This document shows, in pieces, positions 9,013-18,467 of a stretch of 64,000 nt of DNA. How positions within the stretch are numbered: the first letter of the stretch is position 1; the number at the start of each line of letters is the position of its first letter. A model generated the notes under the pieces. It was not told where the DNA came from, ran no database searches, and saw only the letters and a list, made by a program, of their open reading frames with translations. This stretch comes from a virus, in the IMG/VR virus record IMGVR_UViG_3300028584_000072, positions 1-64,000 of that record. The stretch is one strand, 5' to 3'. A program made the translations under genes and the position numbers.

Positions 9013-9374
9013 AATTAGATAATTTACCAAACATTGATAAAAAGTTCTATGACCCAGATTACGTAGTATCAATGTCAGATATTGCACAAACTACTTTCTG
9101 CAAAGAAGGGTATTGTGATACAATGGATGATAAAGTATTGAAAGCTGTACTTTATTTATTTGGCGTTGATGTCAATCGTGATTATTCTGAATCTAGTTTA
9201 GGGGAAGCTTCTTTTAGAAGCCCCTTCACTAATCAAGTACAAACTGGTGGTAATATCTTTACAGGGTTTGAACGTACTGATCCTGCTTGGAAGAAACAAG
9301 GATACCAAATCACTAGAGATTACTTGTTCGGCAACAAATTGAATGAAGTTATTAAATTATTAGAGAAGGAATAA
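9009..9374 (+). CDS. hypothetical protein (121 aa)
   Basis: ORF track. ATGA coupling to thyX. Confidence 0.5.
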   Translation: MKLDNLPNIDKKFYDPDYVVSMSDIAQTTFCKEGYCDTMDDKVLKAVLYLFGVDVNRDYSESSLGEASFRSPFTNQVQTGGNIFTGFERTDPAWKKQGYQITRDYLFGNKLNEVIKLLEKE

Positions 9375-9377
9375 TAG

Positions 9378-9587
9378 ATGTTTGAAGAAGGTTTGATTGT
9401 ATTTAGTGGTAAAGATTGCAAAGCTTGTGAAACCTTAAAATCAACATTAAGTGTTAAAGGTATTGAATACAAGGAGTATGATATTTGGAGTAACGCTGAA
9501 GCCTTACGTTTCATTATGTCTAAAGGTTTACGTGGTATTCCTCAATTGTTTAAAGATGGTGTTAAGGTAGGTATTGAAGATGCCTAA
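9378..9587 (+). CDS. glutaredoxin/NrdH-like redoxin
   Basis: 69 aa with a CKAC active-site motif near the N-terminus and a GIPQLF motif. It lies immediately upstream of nrdB and nrdA. Confidence 0.7.
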   Translation: MFEEGLIVFSGKDCKACETLKSTLSVKGIEYKEYDIWSNAEALRFIMSKGLRGIPQLFKDGVKVGIEDA

Positions 9588-10554
9588 ACCTAGACTACTA
9601 ACTAAGAAAGATACCTACACTGTAGACTATCCTGAAGCTGTAAAGTTTGCTGAAACACAGAACTCAATCTTCTGGACAGATAGTGAAATTGATGTGTCAA
9701 AGGATATTCAAGATATTAAAGTTAATATGACTGAATCAGAAGCTCATGGTGTTGTGACAACATTGAAGTTGTTTACATTATATGAGCTACAAGCAGGTAA
9801 TGAATATTGGGGTGGTCGTGTGAAACGACTATTCCCTCGACCTGCTGATGTCCAACGTATGGCTAATGCTTTTAGTTTCTTTGAGTTGAACGTACATGCA
9901 CCATTCTACAATAAATTGAATGAAGCATTACACTTGAATACAGACAGCTTTTATTCCGAATATGTGAATGACCCTGTGCTGAAAGAGCGTATGGAGTTCA
10001 TTGATAGCGTAGTTTCAGATAAAGACCCTCTGGTAAGTTTAGGTGTATTCAGTATGGTGGAGGGTGCTATTTTGTATAGTAGCTTTGCTTACTTGAAACA
10101 CTTCCAATCAGAAGGTAAGAATAAACTGTTAAACGTAGTACGTGGTATTAACTTCTCTGTTCGTGATGAAGCATTACATTCCGAAGGCGGTGCTTGGCTG
10201 TTTAAAGAGTTAAAGAAAGAATCTAACCTCACTAAAGAACAAGAGGAAACACTACACGCTAAGATCCTTGCTTGTGCTGAGAAGATTATGGAACACGAAG
10301 CTTACGTAATCCAGAAGATTTTCGAGAAGGGCAGTATTGAAGGGATTACTGACCATCAGCTTTTAAACTTCGTCAAGAGTCGTGTCAATGTTTGCTTACA
10401 ACAGTTGGACTATGGTAAGCTGTATGAAGTATCTTATAACCCTATTGCTAAATGGTTTTATAAGAACATCAACACTGTTCAATTCCATGACTTCTTTACT
10501 GGTGTAGGTAACTCTTACAACCGAGATTGGGATGAAACGAAGTTTGTTTTCTAA
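9580..10554 (+). CDS. nrdB: ribonucleotide reductase class I beta subunit
   Basis: Ferritin-like RNR small-subunit pattern (EAHGV..., VEGAILYSSFA, RDEALHSE). The ATG at 9580 is preferred over the TTG at 9574. Confidence 0.85.
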   Translation: MPKPRLLTKKDTYTVDYPEAVKFAETQNSIFWTDSEIDVSKDIQDIKVNMTESEAHGVVTTLKLFTLYELQAGNEYWGGRVKRLFPRPADVQRMANAFSFFELNVHAPFYNKLNEALHLNTDSFYSEYVNDPVLKERMEFIDSVVSDKDPLVSLGVFSMVEGAILYSSFAYLKHFQSEGKNKLLNVVRGINFSVRDEALHSEGGAWLFKELKKESNLTKEQEETLHAKILACAEKIMEHEAYVIQKIFEKGSIEGITDHQLLNFVKSRVNVCLQQLDYGKLYEVSYNPIAKWFYKNINTVQFHDFFTGVGNSYNRDWDETKFVF

Positions 10555-10564
10555 GGAGTAAAAA

Positions 10565-12277
10565 TTGACAAGTATTATTGAGAAGTTGAGTAGGGAACGA
10601 AAGGATCTACAAGCACAAGGAGAGTTACCGGATTGGTTGACTACCCAAGCTTGGCAACTACTAAAAGATAAGTATCTGTGGAATACGAATAGTCTTAAAG
10701 ATACATTTAGACGTATTGCCCGTACATTAGCTAAGCATGCTAAGACTAAACCTGAGTGGTGGTTAGCCACAGATACGTGGGAAGATAAATTCTTTGATGT
10801 ATTGTGGAAAGGTCATTTAGCTGCATCTACTCCGGTACTATCTAACACAGGAACAACGAAAGGTTGTCCAGTTAGTTGTAGTGGCAATTATGTACACGAT
10901 AGTATTCATGGCTTCTATGATGCACGTAAAGAGGTCGCTATCCTCACTAAGAACGGTTTTGGGACGTCTTCTTACTTAGGTGATATTAGGGCAAGGGGTA
11001 GTAAGATTGCTTCTGGTGGTAAGGCTAGTGGTGTATTACCTGTGTTCAAAGGCTTTGTACAGGATATGCGAGATGTAGCACAAGGGACTTCAAGACGCGG
11101 GGCTTGGGCGGGATATCTTGAGATTGACCATGATGACTTCTACGAGTTAGTTGACCATGTGTATCACTACCCTGACGATGCTAACGTAGGTTTTATCTAC
11201 TCTGATGCTTTCATTGAACGATTAAAGACTGGTGATAAGGATGCTACTGAGCGTTATCAGCGACACATGAAACTTCGAGCCGTAACAGGCAAAGGTTATT
11301 TCATGTTCTCTGATAAAGTGAACCGTCTTAACCCGCCAATGTATCGTGATAGAGGTATCGAAGTTAAAGCCTCTCAACTTTGTTCTGAGGTACTACTGTA
11401 CTCTGGTCAAGATATGACTTACACTTGCGTACTTAGTAGTTTAAACTTAACTAAGTGGGATGAGTGGAAAGATACTGATTGTGTGTTTGTATCTACTGTG
11501 TTCTTAGATTGTGTTGCTCAAGAATTTGTTGAACTTGGAAGAAACATTGTAGGTTTAGAGAAGGCTGTTTTGTTTACTGAAAAGAGTAGGGCACTCGGTT
11601 TGGGCGCATTAGGGATGCACTCTCTATTCCAAAGTAAGATGTTACCTTTTGAAAGTATGGAAGCACACCTACTTAACTTAGACATCTTTGAACATATTCA
11701 GAAAGAGGCTGAGAAGGCTAGCGAATGGATGGCTAAGGAATGGGGTGAACCTGAGTGGTGTAAAGGATACGGTAAACGTGCTACGCACCTAATGGCTATT
11801 GCACCTAATACAAGTTCAGCCTTGATTTGTGGTGGTGTTAGTCAGGGTATTGAACCTATTGTAGCTAACGTATACACTCAAAACTCTGCTGGTGGTGAGC
11901 TAGAGCGTATGAACCCTACATTGATTGGTATTATGAAGGGGCGTGGTGTTTATGATGAAGACCACATCCACGATGTAGCAGTTAACAACGGTAGTGTTCA
12001 GCATGTTGATTGGCTAACTCCGATTGAGAAGCAAGTATTTAAAACAGCCTATGAGATTGACCAGAAAGCTATTGTACGTTTAGCAAACGCTCGTTCACAG
12101 TTTATTGACCAAGGCACTTCATTGAATTTATTCTTTGATGCTGACGAAGATGAAGCTTACATTAGTGAAGTACATAAGGAAGCAATTCTTAGTCCTTATA
12201 TTAAAACCTTATACTACATGCGCTCCAAAGCTGGTGTATCTGCCAGTAAAGGTGAGTGTGTAGCTTGTGAAGGATAA
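10565..12277 (+). CDS. nrdA: ribonucleotide reductase class I alpha subunit (no ATP-cone)
   Basis: ASQLCSEV active-site loop and C-terminal CVAC pair. 570 aa with no N-terminal ATP-cone. TTG start after AAGGAG. Confidence 0.85.
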   Translation: MTSIIEKLSRERKDLQAQGELPDWLTTQAWQLLKDKYLWNTNSLKDTFRRIARTLAKHAKTKPEWWLATDTWEDKFFDVLWKGHLAASTPVLSNTGTTKGCPVSCSGNYVHDSIHGFYDARKEVAILTKNGFGTSSYLGDIRARGSKIASGGKASGVLPVFKGFVQDMRDVAQGTSRRGAWAGYLEIDHDDFYELVDHVYHYPDDANVGFIYSDAFIERLKTGDKDATERYQRHMKLRAVTGKGYFMFSDKVNRLNPPMYRDRGIEVKASQLCSEVLLYSGQDMTYTCVLSSLNLTKWDEWKDTDCVFVSTVFLDCVAQEFVELGRNIVGLEKAVLFTEKSRALGLGALGMHSLFQSKMLPFESMEAHLLNLDIFEHIQKEAEKASEWMAKEWGEPEWCKGYGKRATHLMAIAPNTSSALICGGVSQGIEPIVANVYTQNSAGGELERMNPTLIGIMKGRGVYDEDHIHDVAVNNGSVQHVDWLTPIEKQVFKTAYEIDQKAIVRLANARSQFIDQGTSLNLFFDADEDEAYISEVHKEAILSPYIKTLYYMRSKAGVSASKGECVACEG

Positions 12278-12282
12278 CAACT

Positions 12283-12312
12283 AGCCCCGCTCATGCGGGG
12301 CTTTTTCTTTTT
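12283..12312 (+). terminator. rho-independent terminator
   Basis: AGCCCCGC-TCAT-GCGGGGCT followed by TTTTTCTTTTT. Confidence 0.75.
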
Positions 12313-12356
12313 GTAGAAAAAGAACTTTTTATTGCCTAAAATTTATCAATTCACTA

Positions 12357-12385
12357 TTGACTCTATTATCCACATCCTATACAAT
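12357..12385 (+). promoter_or_regulatory. sigma70-type promoter
   Basis: TTGACT, 17-nt spacer, TACAAT. Confidence 0.5.
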
Positions 12386-12638
12386 GAACATACTTAAACA
12401 AGAGAGGTGTTTCCTGTATACAGTTCGAGACAAGAATGGTATTTTTATTGCTAAAGTTGTTAGTAGTGTTGTGGATAAAATAGTACGAGAAAGTGATTGC
12501 ACTAGAAAGATAAAAACCTTTGATAGTGGTAGAAAGGTTTTATGTTTAATACTCAACGAAGATGGTATATATGTAAGTACCAACATCAGCGTATACTTCT
12601 GGGAAGGTACGTGTATTGAACTTTATGAAGTAGAATAA
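12384..12638 (+). CDS. hypothetical protein (doubtful)
   Basis: ORF track (MNILKQERCF...). The only ATG overlaps the predicted -10 box and there is no clear RBS. Confidence 0.3.
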   Translation: MNILKQERCFLYTVRDKNGIFIAKVVSSVVDKIVRESDCTRKIKTFDSGRKVLCLILNEDGIYVSTNISVYFWEGTCIELYEVE

Positions 12639-12650
12639 GAGGGGATAATT

Positions 12651-12941
12651 ATGGAACACGCTAAGTTCTTGAATACAGGCATAAACGCTATCAATAAGTT
12701 GGAAGTTGAAGGAAAGCTTTCTCATGAATCCAGTGTTGCCTTACTATGTAGGGAAAGTTTTAAGCATAGCGGTAAATTTGATGAGTACCAACTCGCTTTC
12801 TTGCATACGTTGTACGAGCTACACGATAGCTGCGAAAGCTTTATGACCTATGATGAGATAATCAACCGTATGCGCAAAGCAATTGCGGATTATAGTTACA
12901 CTCACATTTTTATTGCTTATGTGGAGAAACCAAATGGATGA
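12651..12941 (+). CDS. hypothetical protein (96 aa)
   Basis: ORF track. GAGGGG RBS. Confidence 0.55.
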   Translation: MEHAKFLNTGINAINKLEVEGKLSHESSVALLCRESFKHSGKFDEYQLAFLHTLYELHDSCESFMTYDEIINRMRKAIADYSYTHIFIAYVEKPNG

Positions 12942-13143
12942 AATTCTAGCTGAAGCTTGGGAAGTGTATAGAGAGCATCAACCTAATGTAAGATTAGGGC
13001 AATGTATTAGAGTGGTGTGTTCTCAGTTTGCTACTAAAGAACATAAACATTTAAGTAACCTTGACGACGAAGTAGCATTGTGTTATTTTAAACAACATTA
13101 CAATACTAACGCTGAACAGCAATTAACTTTATTAGGAGAGTGA
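12934..13143 (+). CDS. hypothetical protein (69 aa)
   Basis: Internal ATG (MDEILAEAW...) preceded by GGAGAAA. It overlaps the upstream stop. Confidence 0.5.
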   Translation: MDEILAEAWEVYREHQPNVRLGQCIRVVCSQFATKEHKHLSNLDDEVALCYFKQHYNTNAEQQLTLLGE

Positions 13144-13144
13144 T

Positions 13145-13561
13145 ATGGAATACATGGGACAACAAATGCAAAATCAGATTGAAGCTGGAATGAGCGAAGC
13201 AGCACGTTGTTATGATTTGATTGCGGAACTTAAAGCCGAGCGCGACCAAGCAAGGCTGCTGTCAATCAAGCAAACTGAAATGATTGAGGAGTTGGCTACT
13301 CATAATGAATTGCTAATATCCGCAATTTCAGAGCGCTTTACAGGCAAAGAGGAGCAACCAGACGGCTCAATTATTAGTGATGGCGCACCGTGGGCGCTTC
13401 AGCTTTTAAGAATTACACCACAGCAATGCCTAACCGAAATCCGCGCCGAGGCTGTCAGTGAGTTTGCTAACTGGGCTTTTGATACATGCCCAAACATTGA
13501 TTGCATGTTTGATGACAAAGATGATTACATTGCCAAAATCCGGCAAGGCGGTGCAAAATGA
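13145..13561 (+). CDS. hypothetical protein (138 aa)
   Basis: ORF track. AGGAGAG RBS. Confidence 0.55.
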   Translation: MEYMGQQMQNQIEAGMSEAARCYDLIAELKAERDQARLLSIKQTEMIEELATHNELLISAISERFTGKEEQPDGSIISDGAPWALQLLRITPQQCLTEIRAEAVSEFANWAFDTCPNIDCMFDDKDDYIAKIRQGGAK

Positions 13562-13986
13562 TTAAATTAATTATATCTTATTTAAAAGCAGCATTAGTGG
13601 GTATTGGGACAGCAATTACTCTGTTTACTTTTATAAACTTAGTAGTTTGGTTTGTTACATTTGAATTCCCAATAAAGGAGTTTGTAATCAATCAATGTGT
13701 AAGGGAAGTAATTTGTTGGATTGTAGGGATTTCTTGGTTATTAAATCTTATATGGCCTAGAGAAGATAACTTTGACCCAGATACATACTTAAAAGCTGAG
13801 AGGTTGATGTTATATCGTGATAATAAAGAACTTAAACAGAAACTTGATAATCCTCAACCTATTAATACTCAAGGTTGTCACCACACTACTATCAATAATA
13901 AAGGAACAAGTGCTTTAGACATTGCCGTAGGTGTAGGTACAGGTATTGTTGGTGCAGAGATAGTTTGTGATTTACTAGATTTATAA
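13558..13986 (+). CDS. membrane protein (2-3 predicted TM helices)
   Basis: Hydrophobic segments ALVGIGTAITLFTFINLVVWFV and VICWIVGISWLLNLIW. Confidence 0.55.
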   Translation: MIKLIISYLKAALVGIGTAITLFTFINLVVWFVTFEFPIKEFVINQCVREVICWIVGISWLLNLIWPREDNFDPDTYLKAERLMLYRDNKELKQKLDNPQPINTQGCHHTTINNKGTSALDIAVGVGTGIVGAEIVCDLLDL

Positions 13987-13997
13987 GGGGAAATTAA

Positions 13998-14198
13998 ATG
14001 AGATTAATTCTACAATTCTTAGTGTTATTAGCTTTGGTCCCAACAGATGCTTATTCAGCTAACAAAGGTGATAAGGTGGAAGTGAAGGGTAAAGTAGTGA
14101 AACAAGTGGTGGTGCGTAATAACAAAGGACAGAAACAAAAATGTCAGATTGTTCTTGACACTAAAACTAAAAAGAAAGTTACAGTGTGTAATCCTTAA
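13998..14198 (+). CDS. small secreted Lys-rich protein (66 aa)
   Basis: N-terminal signal-like MRLILQFLVLLALVPTDAYSA, then a K-rich body with 2 Cys. Confidence 0.5.
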   Translation: MRLILQFLVLLALVPTDAYSANKGDKVEVKGKVVKQVVVRNNKGQKQKCQIVLDTKTKKKVTVCNP

Positions 14199-14210
14199 AT
14201 AATAGACATA

Positions 14211-14234
14211 AAAAAGCCCTCGCAAGGAGGGCTT
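14211..14234. terminator. bidirectional terminator at convergence of + and - blocks
   Basis: AAAAAGCCCTC-GCAAG-GAGGGCTT hairpin. An A-run on one side gives a U-tract for - strand transcripts. Confidence 0.7.
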
Positions 14235-14248
14235 CATCTGTATACAAT

Positions 14249-14557
14249 CTAATTTTCTTGTACTAATGTGAATATGATAGCTTCATCTCTGACTCTACCA
14301 GCAGTAGTTGTATAAGTAAGAATTACTTTCTCTTTACCGCCAACTATGCCACCACTCACCCACAGAATTATTGCTCTACCTGCTGGATAAACGGTGCCCT
14401 CATCCAATACCACATCACCGGAGTTGGTTGTACAGTTATCAACTACCAACCCACCAAGACTATCTTGTGTATAGGTAACACTAACAATATCATCTTCGAC
14501 ATTACGAATGAAGACATAATCTAGTGTTTCGTTTATGTCTTTCTGCACGTAGATCAT
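14249..14557 (-). CDS. hypothetical protein (102 aa)
   Basis: ORF track. Last gene of the leftward block. Confidence 0.5.
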   Translation of the reverse strand: MIYVQKDINETLDYVFIRNVEDDIVSVTYTQDSLGGLVVDNCTTNSGDVVLDEGTVYPAGRAIILWVSGGIVGGKEKVILTYTTTAGRVRDEAIIFTLVQEN

Positions 14558-14571
14558 GTATCAATCCTTAA

Positions 14572-15015
14572 TTAGACATCAAAAAGCCCAGAAGTAGTGC
14601 TTACTTGGAAGGTGGAGTTAGTAGAGCTAACAGTCAAACCGCCACCTACGTTCAAATCACAGTAACCGATCAGACGGTCAGTACCTGCTAATGCACCAGC
14701 AGCACGTTTAACAATAGCTACATACTTAGCAGTAAGTGATACGTTAGTGCCGAAGCTAATATCAGCACAATCCCATAAGATAGTACCAGAAGTCATCACT
14801 GATGTCTTACCAGTAAGAACTACAGGAGCATATCCAGCGTCAGGGATAATGTTGGCTGACATTTCTGAGTAAACAGTGTGAGTAGTTAATGGCGTATAAC
14901 CAGTACCAAGCAATACAGCTACAATAGTATCAGCAGCCCAATCAATTTGGTTAGTATTGTCAGTCAGTAAAGATTCTTTACCAGTGTTGTATAAAGTGAA
15001 ATTGCCTAGAGCCAT
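14572..15015 (-). CDS. hypothetical (virion-associated?) protein (147 aa)
   Basis: ORF track. Gly/Thr-rich beta-type composition next to fibre-like genes. Confidence 0.5.
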   Translation of the reverse strand: MALGNFTLYNTGKESLLTDNTNQIDWAADTIVAVLLGTGYTPLTTHTVYSEMSANIIPDAGYAPVVLTGKTSVMTSGTILWDCADISFGTNVSLTAKYVAIVKRAAGALAGTDRLIGYCDLNVGGGLTVSSTNSTFQVSTTSGLFDV

Positions 15016-15033
15016 TTCTTAGTTCCTTTGGAG

Positions 15034-15978
15034 TTAATTTAAATAAAATTGTGTGTTTATAGGTTTCATTATATAAATAGTTTTTGTGTTCTGCATGATA
15101 AATGTTCTATCTGGTTCAAACACCAGAGGTTGAATGTAATCTACCCACTGTAATAGTTTGTAAGATACATTCATTGAAAGAGGGTGTATATCTTGATTAA
15201 AACCAGATACAATAAACAATTGTTTACGTACTAAATTCAATGTTGTTTTATTAATAGCGCCAGAGAACGACACATCAGTACCCACAGTAACATCTAACTG
15301 TCTACTGCTCAGAAGTAATGAAGTTTTATTCAATAATACATTAACTGGAATAATTGTACCAGTAACAACAGTGAGAGGTTTAGTGGATAACGAAAGTGAT
15401 TGTTTATTGATGTTAGAGACAAAACCTAACGTATTAGATAATTGTTCATCTGTTAAAGTAAGTGTGGTTTTAGAAAGATTAATGTTCCATCCAATTTTAC
15501 TACCTAACTGCTTACTTGTCAAGGATAAAGATTGTTTACCAATACTTCCAATGAAGGGTAAGTTACTTCCTGTGACAATTTCTAACTGTTTAACGGTTAG
15601 TGGTATAGTAGTTTTATTAGATGTATTTATAAAACCAAGAATATTGTTTGGGTTCTTAGGTGTGAGTATTAGTGTTTGTTTACCAACCCCTAACATTGTC
15701 CCTAGTTGAACAATTAGCTGTTTTCCGTTGGTAATTAGCGTAGATTTATTAGTTGATAAACTAAAACCAGCATTGACTGATTGTTGTTTAATGTTGAGAG
15801 CTAGGGATTGTTTATTGATAGATAGGTCATTACCTACTGTAACACTGAGTTGTTCTGTTGTTACAGATAAATTAATTTTACCAACTACACCAGTAAAAGG
15901 TGTTCCACCTCCCCCACCAGACTCAGGTACAAACACAACACCGTAAGGAAGTAAGCCATTAGGCATCAAACCATACAT
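15034..15978 (-). CDS. fibre-like protein with ten tandem ~22-residue repeats
   Basis: Residues 33-262 form 10 repeats with consensus NK-x-S/T-L-x-L-x-x-KQL-x-V-x-x-G. Confidence 0.55.
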   Translation of the reverse strand: MYGLMPNGLLPYGVVFVPESGGGGGTPFTGVVGKINLSVTTEQLSVTVGNDLSINKQSLALNIKQQSVNAGFSLSTNKSTLITNGKQLIVQLGTMLGVGKQTLILTPKNPNNILGFINTSNKTTIPLTVKQLEIVTGSNLPFIGSIGKQSLSLTSKQLGSKIGWNINLSKTTLTLTDEQLSNTLGFVSNINKQSLSLSTKPLTVVTGTIIPVNVLLNKTSLLLSSRQLDVTVGTDVSFSGAINKTTLNLVRKQLFIVSGFNQDIHPLSMNVSYKLLQWVDYIQPLVFEPDRTFIMQNTKTIYIMKPINTQFYLN

Positions 15979-15981
15979 AGA

Positions 15982-16488
15982 TTACTCCTTAAACTTAATG
16001 CTCCATAACTCAGGTAATCTATGATAATCCCCTGCATCTGGAAATGCTTGTACTAATTGTCTAGCTTTGTGTCTCAAACCTACATAGTACCCACTAGCTT
16101 GCGAGAAAGCCGCAGCATCTCTCAACACTCTCGACGCTAGGTCTGACACAGATATTCCACGCTGTAGGGCAATCATTGACAGTGTTGGTGTAACAGCTTG
16201 AAGGTTATCTTGCAATGCGAGAGCTTCAGCTTCTTGTTTGCTCCAAGTCTTAATTTCACCTTCAGGCCATCCAGCGGTTAGGGAATCAATATAGTGTTGG
16301 AAGTCAATATCAATTTCAGCAAATTTTTTAGCTTTTTCTTTAGGCCAAGGATTATATGCTTCAATTAGAACATTTACTTCTTCATCAGGTTTGTTGCAAA
16401 CCCACACACCGTCTTGTTCTTCTAGATAACATTGCTGTGTATTAAGATATGTATGTAAACCGTAACCCTTTTCAATATAATTAATCAT
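15982..16488 (-). CDS. tail-fibre-assembly/DUF4376-like protein (putative)
   Basis: The C-terminal segment EIKTWSKQEAEALA...TPTLSMIALQRGISVSDLA resembles the DUF4376 motif. Confidence 0.4.
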   Translation of the reverse strand: MINYIEKGYGLHTYLNTQQCYLEEQDGVWVCNKPDEEVNVLIEAYNPWPKEKAKKFAEIDIDFQHYIDSLTAGWPEGEIKTWSKQEAEALALQDNLQAVTPTLSMIALQRGISVSDLASRVLRDAAAFSQASGYYVGLRHKARQLVQAFPDAGDYHRLPELWSIKFKE

Positions 16489-17357
16489 ATTGCATTACCT
16501 CTTAGAAATATAGCAGGAGGGTTAGAGTTGGTAGAAGCTGTTAATGCACCGAATGATGTAGCGGGTAGGGCAGTGAAGTTGGCAGCATTTGCTGCTTGCT
16601 GCATCATAGCTACATGGTCTGTCATTGTCCCGCTGATACCAGTAAATACGGTATTAAATACGTTCTGTGAGTTATGTGCTAAAACTGAAGGTGTCCCATT
16701 ACTGATTGTAGCAAACATATAAGCCCCTTCAGGTAAATAGAAATCTGTGGTAATAGATTTTACACCGACACTGTTAGAGTCTACTGTACCGAAGTCAATT
16801 GCTAAAGGGAAAAATGTATCATAAGCAGCACCAGCGTCGGATTGACGAGTGATATTGTACAACCCTATTCTAACCTGAGAAGATGCTGATAGTGTGGTGA
16901 CATTTATACCTACTGCGCTTACTTTCATCGGGGTGTGTTGGATATGAGGGGCAAAGTATATAACGTTAGCCACCATAGCCCTCCCAGATTTATATCCGAT
17001 ACTATGTGGAGATGTTATCCAGTTTAGATTATTAACAGCAGAAGACCCTAATGCTCTTGCTTCTGTTGGCATGAACACGTATTTTTCCCCCGCAGGGAAG
17101 TTTATCTTGTTCATTGTACCTAACGAGTTATCTAAAACTACATTGCGTACAAACGTAGTAGGACTAGATAAATAACCCTTACCTTTTTCCCAATTACCGA
17201 GCTTGTCCCGTATCATGTACGGTACATGTAAATTTAGCATGATTCTAGGAAAGAAAGGTAAGTTACCTGTCATCATTGTGTCTGCTACGTTATATGCACC
17301 AGCTAACGTAAAGTTACCTGTTCCTGTGCTTGTACTTGTTTCAATGATATTATTCAT
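16485..17357 (-). CDS. putative tail fibre/receptor-binding protein
   Basis: N-terminal STSTGTGNFTLAGAY... with beta-rich composition. The call rests on context only. Confidence 0.35.
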   Translation of the reverse strand: MNNIIETSTSTGTGNFTLAGAYNVADTMMTGNLPFFPRIMLNLHVPYMIRDKLGNWEKGKGYLSSPTTFVRNVVLDNSLGTMNKINFPAGEKYVFMPTEARALGSSAVNNLNWITSPHSIGYKSGRAMVANVIYFAPHIQHTPMKVSAVGINVTTLSASSQVRIGLYNITRQSDAGAAYDTFFPLAIDFGTVDSNSVGVKSITTDFYLPEGAYMFATISNGTPSVLAHNSQNVFNTVFTGISGTMTDHVAMMQQAANAANFTALPATSFGALTASTNSNPPAIFLRGNAI

Positions 17358-17806
17358 TTACTATTGCCCCAAATCATCTCAGGAGTTATCCTCCCAAGAT
17401 TTATTAAATCCGCAGGTGATACTGAAGATGCTCTCTCTGGGTTAAATAACCCACATGCTGTAGCCACCAACTCGGCGCAATGGTATTTTCTGCGATTATT
17501 ATTTGTCATATTGAATATAGCAAAGAACACCCCACGCAAGTCGTACCCTAAATCAATACAAGAAGATAGAAAATCGAAACCTTTTTCTCTTGATATGCAA
17601 GGTATGAAAAGTTCTAAAGTTGACGAGTACCTGTTTTTAAAATCTTGCAAACTAGTGACTACTACTCCAGTACCCATTTTACTTTCAATTACAAAATTCC
17701 CTACAACAACGCCACAATGACTCCACTTGCAAAATGTTTTTGCTTGTATTAGTAAACTTACAGGTTTCCAGTTAGATCTGGCGAAAATTATTTTCAAACT
17801 TTCCAT
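17354..17806 (-). CDS. YiiX/C92-type permuted papain-like hydrolase (putative cell-wall amidase)
   Basis: WSHCGVVVG ... YHCAELVATACG pattern. Adjacent to the lysis cassette. Confidence 0.45.
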   Translation of the reverse strand: MESLKIIFARSNWKPVSLLIQAKTFCKWSHCGVVVGNFVIESKMGTGVVVTSLQDFKNRYSSTLELFIPCISREKGFDFLSSCIDLGYDLRGVFFAIFNMTNNNRRKYHCAELVATACGLFNPERASSVSPADLINLGRITPEMIWGNSK

Positions 17807-17813
17807 ATCTTAA

Positions 17814-18464
17814 TTAAGCCTTTGTCCAATCTTTATCGGGAGCGTAACGCAGACGCAAAGCGTCTGCTACGCGAGGATCTTCTTGCAGATCTGCTAATCT
17901 GCAAGCGTATTCATGTTTCTTGGCTTGCCAAGCTTTGTGAGCCTCTAGCTCTGTATAAAAATAACCGAGCCTTTCCTGTTTTAAAGTAAAAGGGTTTCTA
18001 CAAAGCGAGGCATATTTTCGGGGTTGGTTGCTTATAGATACCCCAATCATTGTATTTCCGCGACTGGCTTTATTGTCAGTGATGAATGTGTTGACCAAAT
18101 GAGTAACAAACACTACAGTTTCTGGAGAATAAAGTTTATTACCTCTTACTAGCAAATCCTTGTCCAAGTGACAATTCATCCAATCTTTGTTCGGTTGGGA
18201 ATCTACCCACTTTTTAAAATTAGAGAAACGTAACCACTCACTGGTTATAGAGCAACCAATATAAGATGGGTTATGTTTTATGAAGTTACTACACGTAGAC
18301 CGTTCCACCAGCCTTCGCCAAGTTGTTGCGTAAGGACACCAAACCCGCACTGTTTTATATCCTTGTGCGTCTTGTAAATACCAACTAGCTCTTTCATTAC
18401 TATCATATACACCAACATAGTGGTACACTACCCAACCATCCTCATTCCTAATTTGACTTCCCAT
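17814..18464 (-). CDS. endonuclease-like/DNA-binding phage protein, paralog of 3665..4487
   Basis: Shares SEWLRFSNFKKW...LDKDLLVRGNKLYSPETVVFV with 3665..4234. It is inserted between two C92-like paralogs with 3-nt and 7-nt gaps. Confidence 0.45.
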   Translation of the reverse strand: MGSQIRNEDGWVVYHYVGVYDSNERASWYLQDAQGYKTVRVWCPYATTWRRLVERSTCSNFIKHNPSYIGCSITSEWLRFSNFKKWVDSQPNKDWMNCHLDKDLLVRGNKLYSPETVVFVTHLVNTFITDNKASRGNTMIGVSISNQPRKYASLCRNPFTLKQERLGYFYTELEAHKAWQAKKHEYACRLADLQEDPRVADALRLRYAPDKDWTKA

Positions 18465-18467
18465 GTA

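Noticed and set aside
9009-12277. I looked for introns or inteins in the classic phage targets (thyX, nrdB, nrdA).
   Set aside because: All three ORFs are continuous, of normal length, with conserved motifs in order. There are no internal noncoding gaps.
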